Shown: positions 26,401 through 41,400 of the stretch, piece after piece
Layout of the letters: every line of letters begins with the position of its first letter
Position numbering within the stretch: position 1 is the stretch's first letter
NCBI RefSeq assembly: GCF_009914755.1
Contig: NC_060941.1
DNA from: the human T2T-CHM13v2.0 reference genome, Homo sapiens
Reading direction: 5' to 3' (one strand)
Length of the DNA: 64,000 nucleotides
The notes under the pieces: model-generated
What the model was told of the DNA's origin: nothing
Seen by the model: only the letters and a program-made list of their open reading frames with translations
The model's database searches: none
Position numbers and translations under genes: made by a program

Positions 26401-29400
26401 TTGGACCTCTGTGAGGAATTCGTTGGAAACGGGATAATTTCAGCTGACTAAACAGAAGCAGTCTCAGAATCTTCTTTGTGATGTTTGCATTCAAATCCCC
26501 GAGTTGAACTTTCCTTTCAAAGTTCACGTTTGAAACACTCTTTTTGCAGGATCTACAAGTGGATATTTGGACCACTCTGTGTCCTTCGATCGAAACGGGT
26601 ATATCTTCACATGACATCTAGACAGAAGCATCCTCAGAAGCTTCTCTGTGATGACTGCATTCAACTCACGGAGTTGAACACTCCTTTTGAGAGCGCAGTT
26701 TTGAAACTCTCTTTCTGTGGCATCTGCAAGGGGACATGTAGACCTCTTTGAAGATTTCGTTGGAAACGGAATCATCTTCACATAAAAACTACACAGATGC
26801 ATTCTCAGGAACTTTTTGGTGATGTTTGTATTCAACTCCCAGAGTTGAACTTTCCTTTGGAAAGAGCAGCTATGAAACACTGTTTTTCTAGAATCTGCAA
26901 GTGGACGTTTGGAGGGCTTTGTGGTTTGTGGTGGAAAAGGAAATATCTTCACCTAAATACTAGATAGAAGCATTCTCAGAAACTGCTTTGTGATGATTGC
27001 ATTCACCTCACAGAGTTGAACATTCCTATTGATAGAGCAGTTTGGAAACACTCTTGTTGTGGAATGTGCAAGTGGAGATTTGGAGCGCTTTGAGGCCTAT
27101 GGTAGTAAAGGGAATAGCTTCATAGAAAAACTAGACAGAAGCATTCTCAGAAAATACTTTGTGATGATTGAGTTTAACTCACAGAGCTGACCATTCCTTT
27201 GGATGGAGCAGGTTTGAGACACACTTTTTGTAGAATCTACAAGTGGATATTTGGACCTCTCTGAGGATTTCGTTGGAAACGGGATAACTGCACCTAACTA
27301 AACGGAAGCATTCTCAGAAACTTCTTGGTGATGTTTGCATTCAAATCCCAGAGTTGAACCTTCCTTTGATAGTTCAGGTTTGAAACACTCTTTTTGTAGG
27401 ATCTGCAAGTGGATATTTGGACCACTCTGTGGCCTTCGTTCGAAACGGGTATATCTTCGCATAAAATCTAGACAGAAGCCTTCTCAGAAACTTCTCTGTG
27501 ATGATTGCATTCAACTCACAGAGTTGAACCCTCCTATGGATAGAGCAGTGTTGAAACTCTCTTTTTGTGGAATCTGCAAGTGGATACGTGGACCTCTCCG
27601 AAGATGTCTTTGGAAACGGGAATATCTTCACATAAAAACTAAACAGAAGCATTCTCAGAAACTTCTCTGTGATGTTTGTGTTCAACTCCCAGAGTTTCAC
27701 ATTGCTTTTCATAGAGTAGTTCTGAAACATGCTTTTCGTAGTGTCTACAAGTGGACATTTGGAGCGCTTTCAGGCCTGTGGTGGAAAACGAATTATGGTC
27801 ACATAAAAACTGGAGAGAAGCATTGTCAGAAACTTCTTTGTGATGATTGCATTCAACTCACAGAGTTGAAGGTTCCTTTTCAAAGAGCAGTTTCCAATCA
27901 CTCTTTCTGTGGAATCTGCAAGTGGATATTTGGACCTATTTTGAAGATTTCGTTGGAAACGGGAGAATCTTCACAGGAAAGCTAAACAGAAGCATTCTCA
28001 GAAACTTCTTTGTGATGCTTGCATTCAACTCACAGAGTTGAACTTTCCTTTCGAGAGAGAAGCTTTGAAACACTCTTTTTCCAGAATCTGCAAGTGGACA
28101 TTTGGAGGGCTTTGAGGCCTGTGGTGGAAAAGGAATTATCTTCCCGTAAAAGCTAGATAGAAGCATTCTCAGAAACTACTTTGTGATGATTGCATTCAAG
28201 TCACAGAGTTGAACATTCCCTTTGACAGAGCAGTTTGGAAACTCTCTTTGTGTAGAATCTGCAAGTGGAGATATGGACCGCTTTGAGGCCTATGGTAGTA
28301 AAGGAAATAGCTTCATATAAAAGCTAGACAGTAGCATTCACAGAAAACTCTTGGTGACGACTGAGTTTAACTCACAGAGCTGAACATTCCTTTGGATGGA
28401 GCAGTTTCGAAACACACTATTTGTAGAATGTGCAAGTGGATATTTAGGCCTCTCTGAGGATTTCGTTGGAAACGGGATAAACCGCACAGAACTAAACAGA
28501 AGCATTCTCAGAACCTTCTTCGTGATGTTTGCATTCAACTCACAGTGTTGAACCTTTCTTTGATAGTTCAGGTTTGAAACGGTCTTTCTGTAGAAACTGC
28601 AAGTAGATATTTGGACCTCTCTGAGGATTTCGTTGGAAACGGGATAACCCGCACAGAACTAAAACAGAAGCATTCTCAGAACCCTCTTCGTGATGTTTGC
28701 ATTCAACTCACAGTGCTGAACCTTTCTTTGATAGTTCAGCTTTGAAACACTCTTTTTGTAGAAACTGCAAGTGGATATTTGGTCCTCTCTGAGGAATTCG
28801 TTGGAAACGGGATAAACTGCACAGAACTAAACAGAAGCATTCTCAGAACCTTCTTCGTGATGTCTGCATTCAACTCACAGTGTGGAACCTTTCTTTGATA
28901 GTTCAGGTTTGAAACACTCTTTTTGTAGAAACTGCAAGGGGATAATTGCACTCTTTGAGGAGTACCGTAGTAAAGGAAATAACTTCCTATAAAAAGAAGA
29001 CAGAAGCTTTCTCAGAAAATTCTTTGGGATGATTGAGTTGAACTCACAGAGCTGAGCATTCCTTGCGATGTAGCAGTTTAGAAACACACTTTCTGCAGAA
29101 TCTGCAAGTGCATATTTGGACCTCTGTGAGGAATTCGTTGGAAACGGGATAATTTCAGCTGACTAAACAGAAGCAGTCTCAGAATCTTCTTTGTGATGTT
29201 TGCATTCAAATCCCCGAGTTGAACTTTCCTTTCAAAGTTCACGTTTGAAACACTCTTTTTGCAGGATCTACAAGTGGATATTTGGACCACTCTGTGTCCT
29301 TCGATCGAAACGGGTATATCTTCACATGACATCTAGACAGAAGCATCCTCAGAAGCTTCTCTGTGATGACTGCATTCAACTCACGGAGTTGAACACTCCT

Positions 29401-32400
29401 TTTGAGAGCGCAGTTTTGAAACTCTCTTTCTGTGGCATCTGCAAGGGGACATGTAGACCTCTTTGAAGATTTCGTTGGAAACGGAATCATCTTCACATAA
29501 AAACTACACAGATGCATTCTCAGGAACTTTTTGGTGATGTTTGTATTCAACTCCCAGAGTTGAACTTTCCTTTGGAAAGAGCAGCTATGAAACACTGTTT
29601 TTCTAGAATCTGCAAGTGGACGTTTGGAGGGCTTTGTGGTTTGTGGTGGAAAAGGAAATATCTTCACCTAAATACTAGATAGAAGCATTCTCAGAAACTG
29701 CTTTGTGATGATTGCATTCACCTCACAGAGTTGAACATTCCTATTGATAGAGCAGTTTGGAAACACTCTTGTTGTGGAATGTGCAAGTGGAGATTTGGAG
29801 CGCTTTGAGGCCTATGGTAGTAAAGGGAATAGCTTCATAGAAAAACTAGACAGAAGCATTCTCAGAAAATACTTTGTGATGATTGAGTTTAACTCACAGA
29901 GCTGACCATTCCTTTGGATGGAGCAGGTTTGAGACACACTTTTTGTAGAATCTACAAGTGGATATTTGGACCTCTCTGAGGATTTCGTTGGAAACGGGAT
30001 AACTGCACCTAACTAAACGGAAGCATTCTCAGAAACTTCTTGGTGATGTTTGCATTCAAATCCCAGAGTTGAACCTTCCTTTGATAGTTCAGGTTTGAAA
30101 CACTCTTTTTGTAGGATCTGCAAGTGGATATTTGGACCACTCTGTGGCCTTCGTTCGAAACGGGTATATCTTCGCATAAAATCTAGACAGAAGCCTTCTC
30201 AGAAACTTCTCTGTGATGATTGCATTCAACTCACAGAGTTGAACCCTCCTATGGATAGAGCAGTGTTGAAACTCTCTTTTTGTGGAATCTGCAAGTGGAT
30301 ACGTGGACCTCTCCGAAGATGTCTTTGGAAACGGGAATATCTTCACATAAAAACTAAACAGAAGCATTCTCAGAAACTTCTCTGTGATGTTTGTGTTCAA
30401 CTCCCAGAGTTTCACATTGCTTTTCATAGAGTAGTTCTGAAACATGCTTTTCGTAGTGTCTACAAGTGGACATTTGGAGCGCTTTCAGGCCTGTGGTGGA
30501 AAACGAATTATGGTCACATAAAAACTGGAGAGAAGCATTGTCAGAAACTTCTTTGTGATGATTGCATTCAACTCACAGAGTTGAAGGTTCCTTTTCAAAG
30601 AGCAGTTTCCAATCACTCTTTCTGTGGAATCTGCAAGTGGATATTTGGACCTATTTTGAAGATTTCGTTGGAAACGGGAGAATCTTCACAGGAAAGCTAA
30701 ACAGAAGCATTCTCAGAAACTTCTTTGTGATGCTTGCATTCAACTCACAGAGTTGAACTTTCCTTTCGAGAGAGAAGCTTTGAAACACTCTTTTTCCAGA
30801 ATCTGCAAGTGGACATTTGGAGGGCTTTGAGGCCTGTGGTGGAAAAGGAATTATCTTCCCGTAAAAGCTAGATAGAAGCATTCTCAGAAACTACTTTGTG
30901 ATGATTGCATTCAAGTCACAGAGTTGAACATTCCCTTTGACAGAGCAGTTTGGAAACTCTCTTTGTGTAGAATCTGCAAGTGGAGATATGGACCGCTTTG
31001 AGGCCTATGGTAGTAAAGGAAATAGCTTCATATAAAAGCTAGACAGTAGCATTCACAGAAAACTCTTGGTGACGACTGAGTTTAACTCACAGAGCTGAAC
31101 ATTCCTTTGGATGGAGCAGTTTCGAAACACACTATTTGTAGAATGTGCAAGTGGATATTTAGGCCTCTCTGAGGATTTCGTTGGAAACGGGATAAACCGC
31201 ACAGAACTAAACAGAAGCATTCTCAGAACCTTCTTCGTGATGTTTGCATTCAACTCACAGTGTTGAACCTTTCTTTGATAGTTCAGGTTTGAAACGGTCT
31301 TTCTGTAGAAACTGCAAGTAGATATTTGGACCTCTCTGAGGATTTCGTTGGAAACGGGATAACCCGCACAGAACTAAAACAGAAGCATTCTCAGAACCCT
31401 CTTCGTGATGTTTGCATTCAACTCACAGTGCTGAACCTTTCTTTGATAGTTCAGCTTTGAAACACTCTTTTTGTAGAAACTGCAAGTGGATATTTGGTCC
31501 TCTCTGAGCATTTCGTTGGAAACGGGATAAACTGCACAGAACTAAACAGAAGCATTCTCAGAACCTTCTTCGTGATGTCTGCATTCAACTCACAGTGTGG
31601 AACCTTTCTTTGATAGTTCAGGTTTGAAACACTCTTTTTGTAGAAACTGCAAGGGGATAATTGCACTCTTTGAGGAGTACCGTAGTAAAGGAAATAACTT
31701 CCTATAAAAAGAAGACAGAAGCTTTCTCAGAAAATTCTTTGGGATGATTGAGTTGAACTCACAGAGCTGAGCATTCCTTGCGATGTAGCAGTTTAGAAAC
31801 ACACTTTCTGCAGAATCTGCAAGTGCATATTTGGACCTCTGTGAGGAATTCGTTGGAAACGGGATAATTTCAGCTGACTAAACAGAAGCAGTCTCAGAAT
31901 CTTCTTTGTGATGTTTGCATTCAAATCCCCGAGTTGAACTTTCCTTTCAAAGTTCACGTTTGAAACACTCTTTTTGCAGGATCTACAAGTGGATATTTGG
32001 ACCACTCTGTGTCCTTCGATCGAAACGGGTATATCTTCACATGACATCTAGACAGAAGCATCCTCAGAAGCTTCTCTGTGATGACTGCATTCAACTCACG
32101 GAGTTGAACACTCCTTTTGAGAGCGCAGTTTTGAAACTCTCTTTCTGTGGCATCTGCAAGGGGACATGTAGACCTCTTTGAAGATTTCGTTGGAAACGGA
32201 ATCATCTTCACATAAAAACTACACAGATGCATTCTCAGGAACTTTTTGGTGATGTTTGTATTCAACTCCCAGAGTTGAACTTTCCTTTGGAAAGAGCAGC
32301 TATGAAACACTGTTTTTCTAGAATCTGCAAGTGGACGTTTGGAGGGCTTTGTGGTTTGTGGTGGAAAAGGAAATATCTTCACCTAAATACTAGATAGAAG

Positions 32401-35400
32401 CATTCTCAGAAACTGCTTTGTGATGATTGCATTCACCTCACAGAGTTGAACATTCCTATTGATAGAGCAGTTTGGAAACACTCTTGTTGTGGAATGTGCA
32501 AGTGGAGATTTGGAGCGCTTTGAGGCCTATGGTAGTAAAGGGAATAGCTTCATAGAAAAACTAGACAGAAGCATTCTCAGAAAATACTTTGTGATGATTG
32601 AGTTTAACTCACAGAGCTGAACATTCCTTTGGATGGAGCAGGTTTGAGACACACTTTTTGTAGAATCTACAAGTGGATATTTGGACCTCTCTGAGGATTT
32701 CGTTGGAAACGGGATAACTGCACCTAACTAAACGGAAGCATTCTCAGAAACTTCTTGGTGATGTTTGCATTCAAATCCCAGAGTTGAACCTTCCTTTGAT
32801 AGTTCAGGTTTGAAACACTCTTTTTGTAGGATCTGCAAGTGGATATTTGGACCACTCTGTGGCCTTCGTTCGAAACGGGTATATCTTCGCATAAAATCTA
32901 GACAGAAGCCTTCTCAGAAACTTCTCTGTGATGATTGCATTCAACTCACAGAGTTGAACCCTCCTATGGATAGAGCAGTGTTGAAACTCTCTTTTTGTGG
33001 AATCTGCAAGTGGATACGTGGACCTCTCCGAAGATGTCTTTGGAAACGGGAATATCTTCACATAAAAACTAAACAGAAGCATTCTCAGAAACTTCTCTGT
33101 GATGTTTGTGTTCAACTCCCAGAGTTTCACATTGCTTTTCATAGAGTAGTTCTGAAACATGCTTTTCGTAGTGTCTACAAGTGGACATTTGGAGCGCTTT
33201 CAGGCCTGTGGTGGAAAACGAATTATGGTCACATAAAAACTGGAGAGAAGCATTGTCAGAAACTTCTTTGTGATGATTGCATTCAACTCACAGAGTTGAA
33301 GGTTCCTTTTCAAAGAGCAGTTTCCAATCACTCTTTCTGTGGAATCTGCAAGTGGATATTTGGACCTATTTTGAAGATTTCGTTGGAAACGGGAGAATCT
33401 TCACAGGAAAGCTAAACAGAAGCATTCTCAGAAACTTCTTTGTGATGCTTGCATTCAACTCACAGAGTTGAACTTTCCTTTCGAGAGAGAAGCTTTGAAA
33501 CACTCTTTTTCCAGAATCTGCAAGTGGACATTTGGAGGGCTTTGAGGCCTGTGGTGGAAAAGGAATTATCTTCCCGTAAAAGCTAGATAGAAGCATTCTC
33601 AGAAACTACTTTGTGATGATTGCATTCAAGTCACAGAGTTGAACATTCCCTTTGACAGAGCAGTTTGGAAACTCTCTTTGTGTAGAATCTGCAAGTGGAG
33701 ATATGGACCGCTTTGAGGCCTATGGTAGTAAAGGAAATAGCTTCATATAAAAGCTAGACAGTAGCATTCACAGAAAACTCTTGGTGACGACTGAGTTTAA
33801 CTCACAGAGCTGAACATTCCTTTGGATGGAGCAGTTTCGAAACACACTATTTGTAGAATGTGCAAGTGGATATTTAGGCCTCTCTGAGGATTTCGTTGGA
33901 AACGGGATAAACCGCACAGAACTAAACAGAAGCATTCTCAGAACCTTCTTCGTGATGTTTGCATTCAACTCACAGTGTTGAACCTTTCTTTGATAGTTCA
34001 GGTTTGAAACGGTCTTTCTGTAGAAACTGCAAGTAGATATTTGGACCTCTCTGAGGATTTCGTTGGAAACGGGATAACCCGCACAGAACTAAAACAGAAG
34101 CATTCTCAGAACCCTCTTCGTGATGTTTGCATTCAACTCACAGTGCTGAACCTTTCTTTGATAGTTCAGCTTTGAAACACTCTTTTTGTAGAAACTGCAA
34201 GTGGATATTTGGTCCTCTCTGAGCATTTCGTTGGAAACGGGATAAACTGCACAGAACTAAACAGAAGCATTCTCAGAACCTTCTTCGTGATGTCTGCATT
34301 CAACTCACAGTGTGGAACCTTTCTTTGATAGTTCAGGTTTGAAACACTCTTTTTGTAGAAACTGCAAGGGGATAATTGCACTCTTTGAGGAGTACCGTAG
34401 TAAAGGAAATAACTTCCTATAAAAAGAAGACAGAAGCTTTCTCAGAAAATTCTTTGGGATGATTGAGTTGAACTCACAGAGCTGAGCATTCCTTGCGATG
34501 TAGCAGTTTAGAAACACACTTTCTGCAGAATCTGCAAGTGCATATTTGGACCTCTGTGAGGAATTCGTTGGAAACGGGATAATTTCAGCTGACTAAACAG
34601 AAGCAGTCTCAGAATCTTCTTTGTGATGTTTGCATTCAAATCCCCGAGTTGAACTTTCCTTTCAAAGTTCACGTTTGAAACACTCTTTTTGCAGGATCTA
34701 CAAGTGGATATTTGGACCACTCTGTGTCCTTCGATCGAAACGGGTATATCTTCACATGACATCTAGACAGAAGCATCCTCAGAAGCTTCTCTGTGATGAC
34801 TGCATTCAACTCACGGAGTTGAACACTCCTTTTGAGAGCGCAGTTTTGAAACTCTCTTTCTGTGGCATCTGCAAGGGGACATGTAGACCTCTTTGAAGAT
34901 TTCGTTGGAAACGGAATCATCTTCACATAAAAACTACACAGATGCATTCTCAGGAACTTTTTGGTGATGTTTGTATTCAACTCCCAGAGTTGAACTTTCC
35001 TTTGGAAAGAGCAGCTATGAAACACTGTTTTTCTAGAATCTGCAAGTGGACGTTTGGAGGGCTTTGTGGTTTGTGGTGGAAAAGGAAATATCTTCACCTA
35101 AATACTAGATAGAAGCATTCTCAGAAACTGCTTTGTGATGATTGCATTCACCTCACAGAGTTGAACATTCCTATTGATAGAGCAGTTTGGAAACACTCTT
35201 GTTGTGGAATGTGCAAGTGGAGATTTGGAGCGCTTTGAGGCCTATGGTAGTAAAGGGAATAGCTTCATAGAAAAACTAGACAGAAGCATTCTCAGAAAAT
35301 ACTTTGTGATGATTGAGTTTAACTCACAGAGCTGAACATTCCTTTGGATGGAGCAGGTTTGAGACACACTTTTTGTAGAATCTACAAGTGGATATTTGGA

Positions 35401-38400
35401 CCTCTCTGAGGATTTCGTTGGAAACGGGATAACTGCACCTAACTAAACGGAAGCATTCTCAGAAACTTCTTGGTGATGTTTGCATTCAAATCCCAGAGTT
35501 GAACCTTCCTTTGATAGTTCAGGTTTGAAACACTCTTTTTGTAGGATCTGCAAGTGGATATTTGGACCACTCTGTGGCCTTCGTTCGAAACGGGTATATC
35601 TTCGCATAAAATCTAGACAGAAGCCTTCTCAGAAACTTCTCTGTGATGATTGCATTCAACTCACAGAGTTGAACCCTCCTATGGATAGAGCAGTGTTGAA
35701 ACTCTCTTTTTGTGGAATCTGCAAGTGGATACGTGGACCTCTCCGAAGATGTCTTTGGAAACGGGAATATCTTCACATAAAAACTAAACAGAAGCATTCT
35801 CAGAAACTTCTCTGTGATGTTTGTGTTCAACTCCCAGAGTTTCACATTGCTTTTCATAGAGTAGTTCTGAAACATGCTTTTCGTAGTGTCTACAAGTGGA
35901 CATTTGGAGCGCTTTCAGGCCTGTGGTGGAAAACGAATTATGGTCACATAAAAACTGGAGAGAAGCATTGTCAGAAACTTCTTTGTGATGATTGCATTCA
36001 ACTCACAGAGTTGAAGGTTCCTTTTCAAAGAGCAGTTTCCAATCACTCTTTCTGTGGAATCTGCAAGTGGATATTTGGACCTATTTTGAAGATTTCGTTG
36101 GAAACGGGAGAATCTTCACAGGAAAGCTAAACAGAAGCATTCTCAGAAACTTCTTTGTGATGCTTGCATTCAACTCACAGAGTTGAACTTTCCTTTCGAG
36201 AGAGAAGCTTTGAAACACTCTTTTTCCAGAATCTGCAAGTGGACATTTGGAGGGCTTTGAGGCCTGTGGTGGAAAAGGAATTATCTTCCCGTAAAAGCTA
36301 GATAGAAGCATTCTCAGAAACTACTTTGTGATGATTGCATTCAAGTCACAGAGTTGAACATTCCCTTTGACAGAGCAGTTTGGAAACTCTCTTTGTGTAG
36401 AATCTGCAAGTGGAGATATGGACCGCTTTGAGGCCTATGGTAGTAAAGGAAATAGCTTCATATAAAAGCTAGACAGTAGCATTCACAGAAAACTCTTGGT
36501 GACGACTGAGTTTAACTCACAGAGCTGAACATTCCTTTGGATGGAGCAGTTTCGAAACACACTATTTGTAGAATGTGCAAGTGGATATTTAGGCCTCTCT
36601 GAGGATTTCGTTGGAAACGGGATAAACCGCACAGAACTAAACAGAAGCATTCTCAGAACCTTCTTCGTGATGTTTGCATTCAACTCACAGTGTTGAACCT
36701 TTCTTTGATAGTTCAGGTTTGAAACGGTCTTTCTGTAGAAACTGCAAGTAGATATTTGGACCTCTCTGAGGATTTCGTTGGAAACGGGATAACCCGCACA
36801 GAACTAAAACAGAAGCATTCTCAGAACCCTCTTCGTGATGTTTGCATTCAACTCACAGTGCTGAACCTTTCTTTGATAGTTCAGCTTTGAAACACTCTTT
36901 TTGTAGAAACTGCAAGTGGATATTTGGTCCTCTCTGAGGAATTCGTTGGAAACGGGATAAACTGCACAGAACTAAACAGAAGCATTCTCAGAACCTTCTT
37001 CGTGATGTCTGCATTCAACTCACAGTGTGGAACCTTTCTTTGATAGTTCAGGTTTGAAACACTCTTTTTGTAGAAACTGCAAGGGGATAATTGCACTCTT
37101 TGAGGAGTACCGTAGTAAAGGAAATAACTTCCTATAAAAAGAAGACAGAAGCTTTCTCAGAAAATTCTTTGGGATGATTGAGTTGAACTCACAGAGCTGA
37201 GCATTCCTTGCGATGTAGCAGTTTAGAAACACACTTTCTGCAGAATCTGCAAGTGCATATTTGGACCTCTGTGAGGAATTCGTTGGAAACGGGATAATTT
37301 CAGCTGACTAAACAGAAGCAGTCTCAGAATCTTCTTTGTGATGTTTGCATTCAAATCCCCGAGTTGAACTTTCCTTTCAAAGTTCACGTTTGAAACACTC
37401 TTTTTGCAGGATCTACAAGTGGATATTTGGACCACTCTGTGTCCTTCGATCGAAACGGGTATATCTTCACATGACATCTAGACAGAAGCATCCTCAGAAG
37501 CTTCTCTGTGATGACTGCATTCAACTCACGGAGTTGAACACTCCTTTTGAGAGCGCAGTTTTGAAACTCTCTTTCTGTGGCATCTGCAAGGGGACATGTA
37601 GACCTCTTTGAAGATTTCGTTGGAAACGGAATCATCTTCACATAAAAACTACACAGATGCATTCTCAGGAACTTTTTGGTGATGTTTGTATTCAACTCCC
37701 AGAGTTGAACTTTCCTTTGGAAAGAGCAGCTATGAAACACTGTTTTTCTAGAATCTGCAAGTGGACGTTTGGAGGGCTTTGTGGTTTGTGGTGGAAAAGG
37801 AAATATCTTCACCTAAATACTAGATAGAAGCATTCTCAGAAACTGCTTTGTGATGATTGCATTCACCTCACAGAGTTGAACATTCCTATTGATAGAGCAG
37901 TTTGGAAACACTCTTGTTGTGGAATGTGCAAGTGGAGATTTGGAGCGCTTTGAGGCCTATGGTAGTAAAGGGAATAGCTTCATAGAAAAACTAGACAGAA
38001 GCATTCTCAGAAAATACTTTGTGATGATTGAGTTTAACTCACAGAGCTGAACATTCCTTTGGATGGAGCAGGTTTGAGACACACTTTTTGTAGAATCTAC
38101 AAGTGGATATTTGGACCTCTCTGAGGATTTCGTTGGAAACGGGATAACTGCACCTAACTAAACGGAAGCATTCTCAGAAACTTCTTGGTGATGTTTGCAT
38201 TCAAATCCCAGAGTTGAACCTTCCTTTGATAGTTCAGGTTTGAAACACTCTTTTTGTAGGATCTGCAAGTGGATATTTGGACCACTCTGTGGCCTTCGTT
38301 CGAAACGGGTATATCTTCGCATAAAATCTAGACAGAAGCCTTCTCAGAAACTTCTCTGTGATGATTGCATTCAACTCACAGAGTTGAACCCTCCTATGGA

Positions 38401-41400
38401 TAGAGCAGTGTTGAAACTCTCTTTTTGTGGAATCTGCAAGTGGATACGTGGACCTCTCCGAAGATGTCTTTGGAAACGGGAATATCTTCACATAAAAACT
38501 AAACAGAAGCATTCTCAGAAACTTCTCTGTGATGTTTGTGTTCAACTCCCAGAGTTTCACATTGCTTTTCATAGAGTAGTTCTGAAACATGCTTTTCGTA
38601 GTGTCTACAAGTGGACATTTGGAGCGCTTTCAGGCCTGTGGTGGAAAACGAATTATGGTCACATAAAAACTGGAGAGAAGCATTGTCAGAAACTTCTTTG
38701 TGATGATTGCATTCAACTCACAGAGTTGAAGGTTCCTTTTCAAAGAGCAGTTTCCAATCACTCTTTCTGTGGAATCTGCAAGTGGATATTTGGACCTATT
38801 TTGAAGATTTCGTTGGAAACGGGAGAATCTTCACAGGAAAGCTAAACAGAAGCATTCTCAGAAACTTCTTTGTGATGCTTGCATTCAACTCACAGAGTTG
38901 AACTTTCCTTTCGAGAGAGAAGCTTTGAAACACTCTTTTTCCAGAATCTGCAAGTGGACATTTGGAGGGCTTTGAGGCCTGTGGTGGAAAAGGAATTATC
39001 TTCCCGTAAAAGCTAGATAGAAGCATTCTCAGAAACTACTTTGTGATGATTGCATTCAAGTCACAGAGTTGAACATTCCCTTTGACAGAGCAGTTTGGAA
39101 ACTCTCTTTGTGTAGAATCTGCAAGTGGAGATATGGACCGCTTTGAGGCCTATGGTAGTAAAGGAAATAGCTTCATATAAAAGCTAGACAGTAGCATTCA
39201 CAGAAAACTCTTGGTGACGACTGAGTTTAACTCACAGAGCTGAACATTCCTTTGGATGGAGCAGTTTCGAAACACACTATTTGTAGAATGTGCAAGTGGA
39301 TATTTAGGCCTCTCTGAGGATTTCGTTGGAAACGGGATAAACCGCACAGAACTAAACAGAAGCATTCTCAGAACCTTCTTCGTGATGTTTGCATTCAACT
39401 CACAGTGTTGAACCTTTCTTTGATAGTTCAGGTTTGAAACGGTCTTTCTGTAGAAACTGCAAGTAGATATTTGGACCTCTCTGAGGATTTCGTTGGAAAC
39501 GGGATAACCCGCACAGAACTAAAACAGAAGCATTCTCAGAACCCTCTTCGTGATGTTTGCATTCAACTCACAGTGCTGAACCTTTCTTTGATAGTTCAGC
39601 TTTGAAACACTCTTTTTGTAGAAACTGCAAGTGGATATTTGGTCCTCTCTGAGCATTTCGTTGGAAACGGGATAAACTGCACAGAACTAAACAGAAGCAT
39701 TCTCAGAACCTTCTTCGTGATGTCTGCATTCAACTCACAGTGTGGAACCTTTCTTTGATAGTTCAGGTTTGAAACACTCTTTTTGTAGAAACTGCAAGGG
39801 GATAATTGCACTCTTTGAGGAGTACCGTAGTAAAGGAAATAACTTCCTATAAAAAGAAGACAGAAGCTTTCTCAGAAAATTCTTTGGGATGATTGAGTTG
39901 AACTCACAGAGCTGAGCATTCCTTGCGATGTAGCAGTTTAGAAACACACTTTCTGCAGAATCTGCAAGTGCATATTTGGACCTCTGTGAGGAATTCGTTG
40001 GAAACGGGATAATTTCAGCTGACTAAACAGAAGCAGTCTCAGAATCTTCTTTGTGATGTTTGCATTCAAATCCCCGAGTTGAACTTTCCTTTCAAAGTTC
40101 ACGTTTGAAACACTCTTTTTGCAGGATCTACAAGTGGATATTTGGACCACTCTGTGTCCTTCGATCGAAACGGGTATATCTTCACATGACATCTAGACAG
40201 AAGCATCCTCAGAAGCTTCTCTGTGATGACTGCATTCAACTCACGGAGTTGAACACTCCTTTTGAGAGCGCAGTTTTGAAACTCTCTTTCTGTGGCATCT
40301 GCAAGGGGACATGTAGACCTCTTTGAAGATTTCGTTGGAAACGGAATCATCTTCACATAAAAACTACACAGATGCATTCTCAGGAACTTTTTGGTGATGT
40401 TTGTATTCAACTCCCAGAGTTGAACTTTCCTTTGGAAAGAGCAGCTATGAAACACTGTTTTTCTAGAATCTGCAAGTGGACGTTTGGAGGGCTTTGTGGT
40501 TTGTGGTGGAAAAGGAAATATCTTCACCTAAATACTAGATAGAAGCATTCTCAGAAACTGCTTTGTGATGATTGCATTCACCTCACAGAGTTGAACATTC
40601 CTATTGATAGAGCAGTTTGGAAACACTCTTGTTGTGGAATGTGCAAGTGGAGATTTGGAGCGCTTTGAGGCCTATGGTAGTAAAGGGAATAGCTTCATAG
40701 AAAAACTAGACAGAAGCATTCTCAGAAAATACTTTGTGATGATTGAGTTTAACTCACAGAGCTGACCATTCCTTTGGATGGAGCAGGTTTGAGACACACT
40801 TTTTGTAGAATCTACAAGTGGATATTTGGACCTCTCTGAGGATTTCGTTGGAAACGGGATAACTGCACCTAACTAAACGGAAGCATTCTCAGAAACTTCT
40901 TGGTGATGTTTGCATTCAAATCCCAGAGTTGAACCTTCCTTTGATAGTTCAGGTTTGAAACACTCTTTTTGTAGGATCTGCAAGTGGATATTTGGACCAC
41001 TCTGTGGCCTTCGTTCGAAACGGGTATATCTTCGCATAAAATCTAGACAGAAGCCTTCTCAGAAACTTCTCTGTGATGATTGCATTCAACTCACAGAGTT
41101 GAACCCTCCTATGGATAGAGCAGTGTTGAAACTCTCTTTTTGTGGAATCTGCAAGTGGATACGTGGACCTCTCCGAAGATGTCTTTGGAAACGGGAATAT
41201 CTTCACATAAAAACTAAACAGAAGCATTCTCAGAAACTTCTCTGTGATGTTTGTGTTCAACTCCCAGAGTTTCACATTGCTTTTCATAGAGTAGTTCTGA
41301 AACATGCTTTTCGTAGTGTCTACAAGTGGACATTTGGAGCGCTTTCAGGCCTGTGGTGGAAAACGAATTATGGTCACATAAAAACTGGAGAGAAGCATTG

